64,000 nucleotides of DNA from an uncultured Gemmatimonadaceae bacterium (GCA_963790305.1 CAWBOC010000007.1:160001-224000), one strand, 5' to 3'; shown: positions 50,105 through 60,419, counted from the first letter of the stretch. Numbers and translations: made by a program. Notes: generated by a model not told the origin, from the sequence alone.

Positions 50105-51778
50105 GAGGTCTTTCAACTTTCTGCGAAGCACCTTCCCCGCCCCGGACTTCGGCAACTCGCCCACGACTACGATCTGACCGGGCACCTTGTACGGCGCCAG
50201 GCGCTCGCGGCAGTAGGCCTTGAGCTCGTCAGGCAGCGCGGTCATGCCCGCACGCGCGACGACCCATGCTTTCGGAACCTCGCCCTTCGTCGGGTCGGGC
50301 ACGGCGGCGACGCCCACTTCCGACACCGACGGGTGCGTCGAGAGCACCTCCTCGATCTCGCGCGGCCACACCTGGTAGCCACTCACCTTGATCAGGTCTT
50401 TCTTGCGATCGACGAGGAATACGTACCCATCCTCGTCGAGGTAGCCGAGGTCGCCGGTATACAACCAGGTCTCGCCGTCGGGACCCGGTCGCATCACGAG
50501 CCTGGTCTCGGCGTCGTTTCCCAAATATCCGCGCATGCGCTGCGGAGCGCGGATGATGATCTCTCCCACCTGCCCCTGCGGCATCTCGGTCGCGCCCTCC
50601 TCCGATTCGACGACGCGAATGTCCACGTCCGGCAGCGGCATGCCGATGGACCCGACCTTGTTGGGACCGCGCACCGGGTTCGCAATGGCGGCCATCTGCG
50701 CCTCGGTCAGCGAGTACCCCTCGATCAAGCGGCCGCCGGTGAGGTCCTGGTATCGGCGAATGGTCTCTCCCATGAGCGGTGCCCCGCCCGAGAAGCAGAT
50801 CTTGAGCGACGAGAAGTTCGCCTTTCCGGACGTGACGGACTGGTGATTGAGGATCGCACTGAGGAGCGCGGGAACCGTGCAGAAAAAGCTCGGGCGCTCG
50901 TGCGCGATCGAGTGCAGGATTCCCTTGATGTCGCGTGGATTCGCCACCAGCAGCATCGGCATCCGTGCGACGATCGACAGGCTCTGCACACCGATCAAGC
51001 CATACACGTGAAACAGCGGGAGTGGCACCATGAGCACGTCGCGTCCGTCCTGGAGCGCGCTGTGCAGCCAGGCATGCAGCTGAAGTCCGGCGAGAACCAT
51101 GTTACGATGCGACCCGATGACGCCCTTCGGAATTCCCGTGGTCCCGCCACTGGGAAGGATCGTCGCGTCGTCATCGGGTTCCGGCCGGCTTGCCGACTTC
51201 GGCGGGTCGTCTCGATGCAGAAGCTCTGCGAACGCGAGATCGCCATCGCGCAGCTCTACCCGATCGCCCTCGTCCTTCTCCTTGAAGGCCGTAAAGAGCA
51301 GTCGAGTGAGCGGCTTCAGGTACTCCTTGATGTTCGTCGCGATGACCGTCGTGACGGCCGTCCGCGCCTGGTATGACTTGAGTCGCTCGTAGTAGCGCGT
51401 CAGGACGACTACGACCTTCGCGCCTGACGAGGCGAGCAGCGTCGCCAGCTCCTGCTCGGTGTACACCGGGTTCAGCGGCGCCACAATGGCCCCGACCTTC
51501 CAGGTGCCGAACTCCGCAATGAGGAACTGCGGGCAGTTGGGCAGGATCAGCGCAACACGATCGCCGGCGACGACGCCAAGCTCTACCAGCGCCGCCGCGA
51601 AGGCATCGCTCAGCCGCTCGAGGTCGCCCCACGAGATGCGCTTCCCTTCGAACACGAGCCCCGGATCGTGGGCGTGCTCGCGCGCGTGGTCGGCGAGGTA
51701 GTCGAGCAGCGTGCGCTCGGGATACGGGGCGAGGGTTCGCGGGACGTCGCTGTCGTAGTGCGCGAGCCAGGGGCGCAT
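50099..51778 (-). CDS. Long-chain fatty acid-CoA ligase
   Basis: SGGTTGIPKG, EGYSLTE, TGDLG, DRKKD, GKVLRR. Confidence 0.9.
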   Translation of the reverse strand: MRPWLAHYDSDVPRTLAPYPERTLLDYLADHAREHAHDPGLVFEGKRISWGDLERLSDAFAAALVELGVVAGDRVALILPNCPQFLIAEFGTWKVGAIVAPLNPVYTEQELATLLASSGAKVVVVLTRYYERLKSYQARTAVTTVIATNIKEYLKPLTRLLFTAFKEKDEGDRVELRDGDLAFAELLHRDDPPKSASRPEPDDDATILPSGGTTGIPKGVIGSHRNMVLAGLQLHAWLHSALQDGRDVLMVPLPLFHVYGLIGVQSLSIVARMPMLLVANPRDIKGILHSIAHERPSFFCTVPALLSAILNHQSVTSGKANFSSLKICFSGGAPLMGETIRRYQDLTGGRLIEGYSLTEAQMAAIANPVRGPNKVGSIGMPLPDVDIRVVESEEGATEMPQGQVGEIIIRAPQRMRGYLGNDAETRLVMRPGPDGETWLYTGDLGYLDEDGYVFLVDRKKDLIKVSGYQVWPREIEEVLSTHPSVSEVGVAAVPDPTKGEVPKAWVVARAGMTALPDELKAYCRERLAPYKVPGQIVVVGELPKSGAGKVLRRKLKDLR

Positions 51779-51900
51779 GAACGGGGACGAAGGATGGAGG
51801 GGCGCTTTCCGGTCCTTCCTTTGCCGAAATCGGGGAACGTTCGCAACCCCCGGTGCGCTGGAGCGTTGTCGTCGACCGGCGCAGGCTCACATCGTTGGGG

Positions 51901-52335
51901 ATGCATCTGTTTTTCGAGCGAGTCTACACGATCGACGAGTGGCAGGGGGGTCCGCGGTCAGGCGTGGCCAACTTCGCGGGCGCTCCACACTTTTTCCGCT
52001 CCGTGCATCCGGAAAATGCCGTGTGGAGCCCGGAGGAGGAGCGCTTCGAGCTCATTCCCCTGTCCTCCGACCTGCTCGAGCTGATCCTCGAAGCCCACGC
52101 ACTCTTCCGCCGGTGGCATCCGGGGCCGCGAACGGGCGGCGAGACCCTCGCCGACGGCTCGGAGCCTGCCGAGGCGCGGGCTCGTTACGAGAATCTCGAG
52201 CGGGAGATTGCCGACGGGCTCGCCAAGCGTCATCCCATTGCGATCATGCGCGGTCATTTCGATTTCGACCCCGACCGCGTGCGGTGGACGCCGATCGACC
52301 GCGCCCGCCCGCATCGCAATGTGTCGCAGAACTAG
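51901..52335 (+). CDS. Hypothetical protein
   Basis: ERVYTIDEWQGGPRSGVANF.G.PH.F; protein-like. Confidence 0.65.
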   Translation: MHLFFERVYTIDEWQGGPRSGVANFAGAPHFFRSVHPENAVWSPEEERFELIPLSSDLLELILEAHALFRRWHPGPRTGGETLADGSEPAEARARYENLEREIADGLAKRHPIAIMRGHFDFDPDRVRWTPIDRARPHRNVSQN

Positions 52336-52370
52336 GCCGAAGTCTCCGCATCGTTCCTACCTCCCGTCGT

Positions 52371-52835
52371 ATGCGAACCATACTTCTCGTCACACTCGCT
52401 GCCGCGCTCAGCGGCGTCCTCGCCTGCGGATCCTCCGACGAAGGGGGGCCCGCCTACCTCCAGACGCGCGCGGCCGCCGGCAAGCCGCCGGTCCTCGACA
52501 GCGTCACACACATTCAGGTGATCCCGGCGCCGGTGAAGACAGACGCCGGCGTACGTGCCGATCCCCGCACCGTCACCGATCCCGATTCCATCGCCGCGAT
52601 CGTGACCTTCGTGACTCGCCGCGCCACGGCGTGGAAGTCGAAGCGCGGGCTGCGTGAGACACCGCGCGGGTCCCTCATCCTCGATTTCTACACCGGCCCG
52701 GCGCTGGTCGCGACCGTCGTCGATCGCGGCAGAGACATCTCGCTGCAGGGCTACAAGGTGGGGCTGATTCAAAAGCTCCCCCGCCAGGAGAAAGCGACCC
52801 TGGCGGCGCTCGTGGGGATGCCGGGCGAGCAGTAG
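52371..52835 (+). CDS. Hypothetical lipoprotein
   Basis: VLAC lipobox. Confidence 0.68.
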   Translation: MRTILLVTLAAALSGVLACGSSDEGGPAYLQTRAAAGKPPVLDSVTHIQVIPAPVKTDAGVRADPRTVTDPDSIAAIVTFVTRRATAWKSKRGLRETPRGSLILDFYTGPALVATVVDRGRDISLQGYKVGLIQKLPRQEKATLAALVGMPGEQ

Positions 52836-52874
52836 CGTACGGGGTGGGCGCGCGCCCCAAACCGGAGTCGCATC

Positions 52875-53369
52875 ATGCGCCGTCTTCCCTCGGTCAATGT
52901 CGTGGTGGACACCGGCGCGCTGGTTCGGAATGAGTCGGGCACGATCGCCGGCCCCATCTGGCTGCGCGACGGCGATCCGGACGTTCAGGCGGACTTTCCC
53001 GAGGTCGGATGGGTCGACCTGCCGTTGGCGCTGCTCGCGTCGTGGGTCCAGGAGCTTCAGCGCCTGACGCGGACGTTGCCATCGTCAGGCGCCGAGGTGC
53101 CCTGCCGCTTTCTCGATGGACCGTACTACTTCACCGTTCGAGTCGAAAGCGCGGGCGGGTGGCTGGTGCGCTGCTTCGAGACCCGTGAGCACCCCGCCAC
53201 CGACGATCTCGTCCAGGAGTGGAAGACGGGCAGCTCGGCCTTCCTCGCCAGTGCGGTCCGCGCCGGGCGTGCGGTGCTCGCGCAGTGCGACGCCCACGGA
53301 TGGTGGAGCCGCGAGACCGAGACGCTGCGGCGGTGCCTGGAGTCGGGAAGCCAGTACCGAACGGGCTGA
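52875..53369 (+). CDS. Hypothetical protein
   Basis: G.IWL...FPEVGWVD...W; FLDGPY. Confidence 0.65.
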   Translation: MRRLPSVNVVVDTGALVRNESGTIAGPIWLRDGDPDVQADFPEVGWVDLPLALLASWVQELQRLTRTLPSSGAEVPCRFLDGPYYFTVRVESAGGWLVRCFETREHPATDDLVQEWKTGSSAFLASAVRAGRAVLAQCDAHGWWSRETETLRRCLESGSQYRTG

Positions 53370-53429
53370 GCGCTGGACGCGCGGAGCTCGCGGCGCAATC
53401 TTCCGCTAGCGGTCACCTGCGAGACACCC

Positions 53430-53687
53430 TTGGTCGACTACCAGAAGGCATTCGACGAGTTCGACGCGGCGGGCGGACGACGAGCGCTCGAGCAGCATCT
53501 CGCCGAGCTCGATCGCGTTGCCCAGGCGTCGGTGCTCGACGGGATGGAGCCCGATTCGCGTCTCATGGCGCTTCGCGAAGGGCTGCACCGCCTGCTGGCC
53601 GCCCTGAACGATCTCGCTGACAGCGGGACCCCCGACCCAGCGGCCGACGCTGACGGCGTCGGGGGCCGGAACGCCGAGGGCACCTAA
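53430..53687 (+). CDS. Small hypothetical protein
   Basis: 85 aa helical ORF, TTG start. Confidence 0.45.
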   Translation: MVDYQKAFDEFDAAGGRRALEQHLAELDRVAQASVLDGMEPDSRLMALREGLHRLLAALNDLADSGTPDPAADADGVGGRNAEGT

Positions 53688-53728
53688 CGAATGGGCCCGT
53701 CGACGGCCTGCCTCGGAGCCGTCAGCAC

Positions 53729-54223
53729 GTGACGCACGACGTTCGCATTCGCTTCGCCACCGTCGATGATGTCTCGCTCATTCTCACGCTCATCCGCGGA
53801 CTTGCCGAGTACGAGCGGCTGGCCAGCGAGGCAGTGGTGACGGCGGCAGACATTCGCGGATCGCTGTTCGGCGAGCGGCCGCAGGCGGAGGTCCTGATCG
53901 CGGAGGTCGGCGACGACGCGGCAGGGTTCGCGCTGTTCTTCCACAACTACTCGACCTTTCTCGGCAGACGCGGCCTCTACCTCGAGGATCTGTTCGTCTT
54001 CCCCACCCATCGCGGTCGCGGCATTGGCCGCGCACTCATGGCCCGCCTGGCGCAGTTGGCGATCGAGCGCAACTGCGGCCGCTTCGAATGGTGGGTTCTC
54101 GACTGGAACGAGTCCGCCATCCGCTTCTACGAGAGTCTGGGCGCCCGCGCGATGAGTGACTGGACAGTCTACCGCCTCACGGGCGAGCCGCTCGCGCGGC
54201 TGGCCCGTGAACGCTCCGAGTGA
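53729..54223 (+). CDS. GNAT acetyltransferase (diamine acetyltransferase-like)
   Basis: LAEYE, YSTF, YLEDLFV...RGRGIG, VLDWNE.AI.FY. Confidence 0.9.
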   Translation: MTHDVRIRFATVDDVSLILTLIRGLAEYERLASEAVVTAADIRGSLFGERPQAEVLIAEVGDDAAGFALFFHNYSTFLGRRGLYLEDLFVFPTHRGRGIGRALMARLAQLAIERNCGRFEWWVLDWNESAIRFYESLGARAMSDWTVYRLTGEPLARLARERSE

Positions 54224-54230
54224 GCCATCC

Positions 54231-54731
54231 ATGCAGATCACGACCGTCAGCGGATTTCTCGAATACTTCGAGAGCATTCGGGAACGCACTCGGCGGGTGG
54301 CACGCTGCATTCCTCCCGAGCGCATCGAGTGGACGCACGCCCCAGGGCGCTTCACGCTCGGAGACCTCGTACGGCATTTGGCGGCAACCGAGCAATGGAT
54401 GTTCGCCGAGAACGTCGCCGGCCGCCCGAGCCGCTATCCGGGGCATGGTATGGAGCTCGCCACGGGATACGATGCCGTGATCGACTATCTCGACCGGATG
54501 CACGCGGAGTCGATCGAAATCTTCGCGTCGCTTTCCGACGACGCGTTGCGGCAGCGCTGCACGACGCCCTCCGGGATCGCGCTTGCCACGTGGAAGTGGC
54601 TCCGGGCGATGGTCGAGCACGAGGTGCATCATCGCGGACAGATCTATCTCATGCTCGGGATGATCGACGTTCCGACGCCGCCACTGTACGGGATGACGTC
54701 AGAGGAGGTCCGAAGCCGGTCCATTTCGTGA
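54231..54731 (+). CDS. DinB-family protein
   Basis: LVRHLA, EHEVHHRGQ. Confidence 0.87.
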   Translation: MQITTVSGFLEYFESIRERTRRVARCIPPERIEWTHAPGRFTLGDLVRHLAATEQWMFAENVAGRPSRYPGHGMELATGYDAVIDYLDRMHAESIEIFASLSDDALRQRCTTPSGIALATWKWLRAMVEHEVHHRGQIYLMLGMIDVPTPPLYGMTSEEVRSRSIS

Positions 54732-54773
54732 CGGCCGATTCCATCGCGGTGGTCCGCCCGACATCTTCCATGG

Positions 54774-55067
54774 GTGAACATTCGCATCGTCAACCTGAGT
54801 GGCGGCCGCTTGTCTCGCGGTAAGACGATCGCGCTCGCGATCGCGGCGGTGGCGATCGGCGGCGTCTTCCTCGCATTTGGCATCGCGCTGCTCGCGACGC
54901 TTGCGCTCGTGGGGACGGTGGTCGCCGCGGGGGTGGCCATCGCGCGTCTCGTACGGGGGCGGCCGGCGCTTCCGACGCGCCAGCGACCGCTGGATCCGTC
55001 GATGGAGGTCTTTCCCCCTCGCACCGATGAGTCGCGGCGCGTCGAAGGCGGATCGCCGGAACGGTAA
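54774..55067 (+). CDS. Small two-TM membrane protein
   Basis: Long hydrophobic segment. Confidence 0.6.
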   Translation: MNIRIVNLSGGRLSRGKTIALAIAAVAIGGVFLAFGIALLATLALVGTVVAAGVAIARLVRGRPALPTRQRPLDPSMEVFPPRTDESRRVEGGSPER

Positions 55068-55401
55068 GGGCGGCGCCCTGTCGACGTACGCGCGTGTGTA
55101 CGCCGTCGTGCGTCGCGTCCCCGCCGGACGAATAGCGACCTACGGACAGGTGGCGCGCGTCGCCGGCCTCGGTGACCACGCGCGCATGGTTGGCTATGCG
55201 CTGGCTGCGCTTCCCAATGGAACTACCGTTCCCTGGCACCGGGTCATCAATGCGCAAGGGACGGTGAGCCGGCGCCGCTCGGGAGACTCGTTGAGCCAGC
55301 GCATGCGTCTCGAGCGCGAAGGCGTCCGCTTCGACGCCCGCGGCCGGGTGTCGTTCGCGACGTTCGCCTGGCGGCCGCGCGGCCAACGTGGTCCGTCCTA
55401 A
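55027..55401 (+). CDS. Alkyltransferase-like (ATL/YbaZ, MGMT family) protein
   Basis: TYGQVA, ARMVG, PWHRV (Trp in place of the active Cys); start uncertain. Confidence 0.85.
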   Translation: MSRGASKADRRNGKGGALSTYARVYAVVRRVPAGRIATYGQVARVAGLGDHARMVGYALAALPNGTTVPWHRVINAQGTVSRRRSGDSLSQRMRLEREGVRFDARGRVSFATFAWRPRGQRGPS

Positions 55402-55494
55402 CGAGCGCTTGGGACGGATAGCATTGGGTTGCCTGTCGCGGTGCCGCGCGCTATCCTAGCGGCCGACGCCTCATTCCTTTCGATGGAGCTCGCC

Positions 55495-55887
55495 ATGCGC
55501 CCGTCCCCTCTCGTCGCCCTTACGCTCTTGCTGTTCGTCACGGCTGCGTGCGCTTCGTCCGGGCCAGGGACCCGAACTTCGGGCCGCCGCGACACCCGGG
55601 TGTTGAGCGCCGAAGAGATCAGGGCCGCCTCCGCATCGACCATGTACGACGTGATTCGCTCGCAACGCCCGGAATGGTTGATCAAGCGCGGGCAGACGAG
55701 CATCAACATGGAAGGCGACATCGTGGTCTACGTCGACAACGTGGCGCTCGGCGGCCCCGAGTCGCTGAAGAGCATCAATGTCCAGAGCGTGCAAAGCGCG
55801 CGATTTCTCAACGCGTCCGAGGCGCAGATGCGCTACGGCGTGGGGCACATGCACGGGGCGATCGTGGTGGTGACGCGAACCTCGTAG
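55495..55887 (+). CDS. Lipoprotein with a TonB-receptor plug-like domain
   Basis: TAAC lipobox; VYVDN, A..RYG....GAIVVVT. Confidence 0.7.
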   Translation: MRPSPLVALTLLLFVTAACASSGPGTRTSGRRDTRVLSAEEIRAASASTMYDVIRSQRPEWLIKRGQTSINMEGDIVVYVDNVALGGPESLKSINVQSVQSARFLNASEAQMRYGVGHMHGAIVVVTRTS

Positions 55888-55982
55888 GTCGTCGAGGTTG
55901 TCGAGGTCGTCAAGGTGATCGAGGAGAAGCGATGCCGTTCCTCGATCACCTCGATGACCTGGACGCCCTCGACCACCTCGGG
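55886..55982. repeat. 9-bp periodic palindrome, copy 6 (between convergent genes)
   Basis: AGGTCGTCGAGGTTGTCGAGGTCGTCAAGGTGATCGAGG ... CCTCGATCACCTCGATGACC... Confidence 0.92.
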
Positions 55983-56354
55983 CTACTGCGGCGGTATGAT
56001 CAGCTGCACCACATCGCCGTCTCTGACGAAGATCTCTTCGCTGACCGGCGCTCGGTTGCCGCCAATGGGGTCGGCCTGGAATCGCAGCACACCCGAGCCG
56101 TTGATGAGCACGCTGGGGATCGAGAGCATCTGGGTCGAGAGCGCGTTGACGAGACCGAGGCGACGACGCTCGGAGCCGCGCACGACGTAGACGGTCATGT
56201 CGAGCATGCTGCGGTTCTCGACGCGCACGAACGCCTCGGGGCGGTGGCTCGCTGGGGCGCCGGACGCACCGGTCGATTTACAGGCGGCAACGGCGAGCAG
56301 TGCGACGAGCCCGCCGGTAAGGGCGAGCGCAGTGCGGAATTGAGCGCGACGCAC
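55983..56354 (-). CDS. Hypothetical lipoprotein
   Basis: VAAC lipobox; V.VEN...DM.VYV. Confidence 0.7.
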   Translation of the reverse strand: MRRAQFRTALALTGGLVALLAVAACKSTGASGAPASHRPEAFVRVENRSMLDMTVYVVRGSERRRLGLVNALSTQMLSIPSVLINGSGVLRFQADPIGGNRAPVSEEIFVRDGDVVQLIIPPQ

Positions 56355-56706
56355 GTGTCACTCCTTGATGAAGGCGGTTCCTCGCGACAAGATGCTCAGG
56401 GACGCTCGCGGGCGCCATGCCGGGGGAGCCTAACGATCGTCGAGGTCATCGCAGGCACCCGGTCGTCGGGCGGGTCGCCAATGCAAGTGCGGTAACAGGT
56501 GTTGTGCGCCGCGCGCGCGCATCGCCGCCGGGGCGGCCTGGTCCACGGTCGCTCGCAGGCTCCATGCATTACGAGGCTGGCATGACGCGCCACGGGCGTG
56601 TACATTCTCCAATGTTCACTTGGGCAGTTAGGCACCCGTGACCGTCACGGGCAGCTATTGACCACCGGGCGCGGGCGAAGCGGTCAGCGCCGGAAGAGGT
56701 GATTTC

Positions 56707-57015
56707 ATGGGAAAGAATGGACTGAGAAGCCCCGGCCCCGGCATCAGCCGGATCGATCAGGATTCGACGCGGACGCACGGGTACTTTGTACGGGTGGGCT
56801 ATCGACTCACCGACAAGGGGTGGCGTCCCAAGTTCTCCGCGTTCTTCGGCGACGCGACCCACAAGGGAGCCGGAGGCGCCCTGCGCGCCGCGAAGGCGTG
56901 GCACAAGGAGATGTCTGGTTCTGCCGGAAAGTCCAAGCGCAATGGCAAGGCGAAACCCAAGGCGAAGGGCACGCGCAAGAAGACCACCGCGCGGCGTCGG
57001 ACGGCACGCCGTTGA
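56707..57015 (+). CDS. Small basic AP2-like DNA-binding protein with a K/R-rich tail
   Basis: GISRID....HGYFVR...FF.D...G...AL.AA..W; GAGG RBS. Confidence 0.6.
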   Translation: MGKNGLRSPGPGISRIDQDSTRTHGYFVRVGYRLTDKGWRPKFSAFFGDATHKGAGGALRAAKAWHKEMSGSAGKSKRNGKAKPKAKGTRKKTTARRRTARR

Positions 57016-57108
57016 TCAGGTGAGATCCCAGGGCTCCGCCTCGGCGGCGCCCCATCGTGCAGCGGCGTCCTCACGGGCGCCGCTTTCGTTTCTCCTCCGG
57101 AGGTTCCC

Positions 57109-57648
57109 ATGACAATGACGTCCGTGGATCCGCGGTATCCGATCGGAAAATTCCAGTGGAGCGGCGGCGTGGCGACGCCGCAGGAGCGCGCCGAACGCAT
57201 CGCTCGCATCGAGGCGTGCCCGTCCGAGATGCGCGCGGCGGTGCGCGGGCTCAATGACGCGCAGCTCGACACGCCGTATCGCAATGGCGGGTGGACGGTG
57301 CGACAGGTCGTGCACCACGTTCCCGACAGCCACGTCAACGCCTATGTCCGCTTCAAGCTCGGCCTCACCGAGGATGTGCCGACGATCAAGCCGTACGAGG
57401 AGAATAGCTGGGCGCAGCTTCCCGATTCGCGCACCGCGCCAATCGAGGTGTCGCTGGCGATCCTCGAGAGCGTGCACGTGCGCTGGGTCATGGTCCTGCG
57501 CGCGATGCGTGACGCCGACTTCGCACGCCAGATCAACCATCCGGAGACAGGGGTCCAGACGCTCGACCGCGTGCTCGCGCTGTATGCGTGGCATGGCAAG
57601 CATCACATTGCGCATGTGACATCGCTCCGCGAGCGGCGAGGGTGGTGA
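57109..57648 (+). CDS. YfiT/BstA-like DinB-superfamily thiol transferase or metal-dependent hydrolase
   Basis: RYPIG, YR.GGWTVRQVVHHVPDSH, YAWHGKHH. Confidence 0.88.
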   Translation: MTMTSVDPRYPIGKFQWSGGVATPQERAERIARIEACPSEMRAAVRGLNDAQLDTPYRNGGWTVRQVVHHVPDSHVNAYVRFKLGLTEDVPTIKPYEENSWAQLPDSRTAPIEVSLAILESVHVRWVMVLRAMRDADFARQINHPETGVQTLDRVLALYAWHGKHHIAHVTSLRERRGW

Positions 57649-57798
57649 GCGCGCTGCACGGGCGTTAGGTTCGGCTCATGGACGACCGGTGCGCGTGGCG
57701 CGACGCCGGTGCCGGTCGTCTTTCTGACGTGCACCGCCCCACCGCCACCGGTCCCGTTGGCCGGCTGGACCCGCCGCTGTTTTCGCTGGAGTCGTCCC

Positions 57799-58185
57799 AT
57801 GTCGCATCGTGATCTGGGTGCCGTCGCCCTCGCGCTCGGCATCGCCCTCTTCGCCCCTGCGTCCCTCGGCGCACAGAGCGCCGATTCTGCTCGCGCACCG
57901 CACATGATGGCCGCCGTTGTCGTCAACGGCTCGCGCGGGCGGCCCACCGCCGTTGAAAACGCACGACTGAAACGCGATCTCGCGAAATACGACGCGCGCA
58001 TCGCCACGCTTCAACACCACCTCGATAGCCTCAGGACATACGCGGACTCGCTCGACCGCGACCGCGCGCACTTCGAGGCGGCCGCCGCACAAGCACGTGC
58101 GCGCCGAACGGCCATCGAGCAGCGTCTCCGTCAGTTGGAGACCCGTCCGGCATCGCCGGCGGACTCCCCGAACGCGACCCCCTGA
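57799..58185 (+). CDS. Secreted coiled-coil protein
   Basis: Signal peptide followed by heptad pattern. Confidence 0.62.
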   Translation: MSHRDLGAVALALGIALFAPASLGAQSADSARAPHMMAAVVVNGSRGRPTAVENARLKRDLAKYDARIATLQHHLDSLRTYADSLDRDRAHFEAAAAQARARRTAIEQRLRQLETRPASPADSPNATP

Positions 58186-58200
58186 TCGGGCACTCCCGAA

Positions 58201-58243
58201 GAAAAGGCGCGGGGCAGCCGGCTGGCTGCCCCGCGCCTTTTTT
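58201..58243 (+). terminator. Intrinsic terminator (possibly bidirectional)
   Basis: AAAAGGCGCGGGGCAGCC-GGCT-GGCTGCCCCGCGCCTTTTTT. Confidence 0.88.
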
Positions 58244-58309
58244 GCGCCGGTCCTGGAATTGCGCGCCGATCGTGAAGTATGCACGTTGTCATGGACAACG
58301 GAGGGAGTC

Positions 58310-58861
58310 ATGAGCCACCACGAGGAACGCGCGCCCGACGACGCGCTTCGGAACCATCCCCTGCGAGACACGCAGGAGTTCGCGAGCGATATCCGTATTC
58401 GTGAGGCATCGGTCGACGAGCCCCGCGTGGGCGCCGCCGGTGCCGTGGGCGGCGCGGGTGGAGCGCTCGCGGGCGCGGGGATCGGCACCATCGTCGGCGG
58501 CCCGGTGGGCGCCATCATCGGCGCGATCGCCGGCGCCGTTGGCGGTTGGTGGGCGGGCCAGGCGGCGGCCGATCCCGCGACGACCATCACGCCTGAGGAC
58601 GAGGCCCGCTACCGCTCGCTGTACGAGCAGTCGCCGAATCGGCTCGCCGACCGTTCGTACGAGGATGTACGACCGTTTTACCACCTGGGCCACGTCGCCA
58701 GGAACAACCCCGACTACCAGAAGCGCGCCTTCGAGGAGATCGAGTCCGACCTGGAAAAGGGCTGGACGCCAGACCTCCGCGCGCGGTATGGCGAATGGGT
58801 CTACGCACGACAGTACGCGCGGGAGGCGTTTACGGGGAGAGAGCGGGCCGACGAGGATTAG
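58310..58861 (+). CDS. Glycine-zipper domain protein
   Basis: GAVGGAGGALAGAGIG..VGGPVGA.IGA; GGAG RBS. Confidence 0.75.
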   Translation: MSHHEERAPDDALRNHPLRDTQEFASDIRIREASVDEPRVGAAGAVGGAGGALAGAGIGTIVGGPVGAIIGAIAGAVGGWWAGQAAADPATTITPEDEARYRSLYEQSPNRLADRSYEDVRPFYHLGHVARNNPDYQKRAFEEIESDLEKGWTPDLRARYGEWVYARQYAREAFTGRERADED

Positions 58862-58932
58862 CGGAATACGGAGTGCGGAATGCGGATTGATGTGGTGTCC
58901 AAATAGTTTCCGCATTCCGCATCCCGCATTCG
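58861..58932. repeat. Heptamer periodic palindrome, GGAATGC family (between convergent genes)
   Basis: GCGGAATACGGAGTGCGGAATGCGGATT ... TTCCGCATTCCGCATCCCGCATTCG. Confidence 0.92.
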
Positions 58933-58934
58933 TG

Positions 58935-60419
58935 CTACCGATAGGTTTCGAAAAACCCGACTCCCTCTCCATCCACCCGGCGGCCGGCGATCACACCACG
59001 CACGCGGGCGCGGCCCTTCATCTGGATGAAGTACGGAGTCGGCAGCGCGGCGGCCTGCGGGTCGCCGCGCTCGTCCATGGGAAGACGCGAGTCGGACCCG
59101 ATCGCGTCATCGATCGTCAGCTCGACGATCACCGTATCGCCGCCCCGCGCATCGGCCATCGTCGCCCTCGACGGGACCCGGAGCCGGCGACCATTCACGA
59201 CGATCGACCGGTCGTCCTCGTAGTCGATGCTGCGGGGCCGGTACAGTCCGGCGAACCCTAACGAGTCCACCACGTAGAGAAACAGGGGCGGACGCGAGGC
59301 GAGCGTGTCGGGAGAATGGACGCGGCCGTACAGAAACGTCAGCGGCCCGGCGCGCGCCGCGCCCCACTCCCAGGTGACGCCGCGCCACACCCCCCAGTTG
59401 TGGTCGTGATACGCCTGCGCGTCCGATACGACCTCGCACGAGCCTGCGATGCAGAGGCGGCCGCTGGCGGATGCGCGAAGCGCGGGCACCGTGTAGCCTG
59501 ATGTGAATTCGCCACTCGCCAGCGTCGCGCCGGGGAAATACGCCCCGGGCGCCGGGACGATCACGAGATCAACCGTCGCGCGCTCGCCCCGGGGCCCCTC
59601 GCCACTGGCCACGACATGATAGCGTCCGCCGTCGAGCAGTCGCACGCGCGACTCGCCCATCGTGAGATCGGGACTCGAGAGCGAGAAGCTCACCCGTGAG
59701 GCATCGTGCGCGCGGGTAAAGCGAGTCATCGCTCCGTCCTGCTCGCGACGCGTCATGCTGACCAGACCACCCCAATCATCGCCGGTCACGTCGCCACCGA
59801 CGATCAACGAGATGAACCACCACCGCCGTGCATTGGGAGACAGCACGTTGAAGTAGTGCCACTCTCCCCAGCTCTCCCGGTGGGCGACATCGGCTGGCGG
59901 CAAATGAAATCGATCGATGTCGGCGTACAATTGCATGACGCTCGGCGCCATCCAGCGCTGGTCCCCGGCATCATCCTCCCATACGCCGGCGCGAAGCGCA
60001 GGCATTGCTCCCACCAATGCCGTCCGCGACGGAATCTCTCCCGTCGCGCGCACTGGATACTCACGACCATCGGCGCGGAGATAGAGCAGCTTCCCCTCGA
60101 TCTGCGGTGCCGCCGACGCGACCACGCTCGAGAACCGTGGCGCGGCCAGCAGCTGCCGATAGATGAAGCGCGCATGATCGATGGAGAAGAAAAGCCCGCC
60201 GACGCCACCGGTCTTCATCACCTCGAGATCGATTCCCTCCGGCAAGACCGTGACATTGCCGCCACCGACGAGCTTCTCATCGCGCGCCTGCACCAGCAGC
60301 GCCTCCCCGATCGCGAGCAGCACGATCATCACTCCCACGCCGAGTCCATACCCGGCGAGCAGAAAGCCGGAGCGAAGGGGACGATGCGTGAGGTTTCGCA
60401 GCGCGAGCAGCCCAATCAT
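58935..60419 (-). CDS. ABC-permease N-terminal segment fused to an AttH/CrtC lipocalin-like domain
   Basis: ALRNL..RP.RS + [21 protein letters not shown]. Confidence 0.68.
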   Translation of the reverse strand: MIGLLALRNLTHRPLRSGFLLAGYGLGVGVMIVLLAIGEALLVQARDEKLVGGGNVTVLPEGIDLEVMKTGGVGGLFFSIDHARFIYRQLLAAPRFSSVVASAAPQIEGKLLYLRADGREYPVRATGEIPSRTALVGAMPALRAGVWEDDAGDQRWMAPSVMQLYADIDRFHLPPADVAHRESWGEWHYFNVLSPNARRWWFISLIVGGDVTGDDWGGLVSMTRREQDGAMTRFTRAHDASRVSFSLSSPDLTMGESRVRLLDGGRYHVVASGEGPRGERATVDLVIVPAPGAYFPGATLASGEFTSGYTVPALRASASGRLCIAGSCEVVSDAQAYHDHNWGVWRGVTWEWGAARAGPLTFLYGRVHSPDTLASRPPLFLYVVDSLGFAGLYRPRSIDYEDDRSIVVNGRRLRVPSRATMADARGGDTVIVELTIDDAIGSDSRLPMDERGDPQAAALPTPYFIQMKGRARVRGVIAGRRVDGEGVGFFETYR

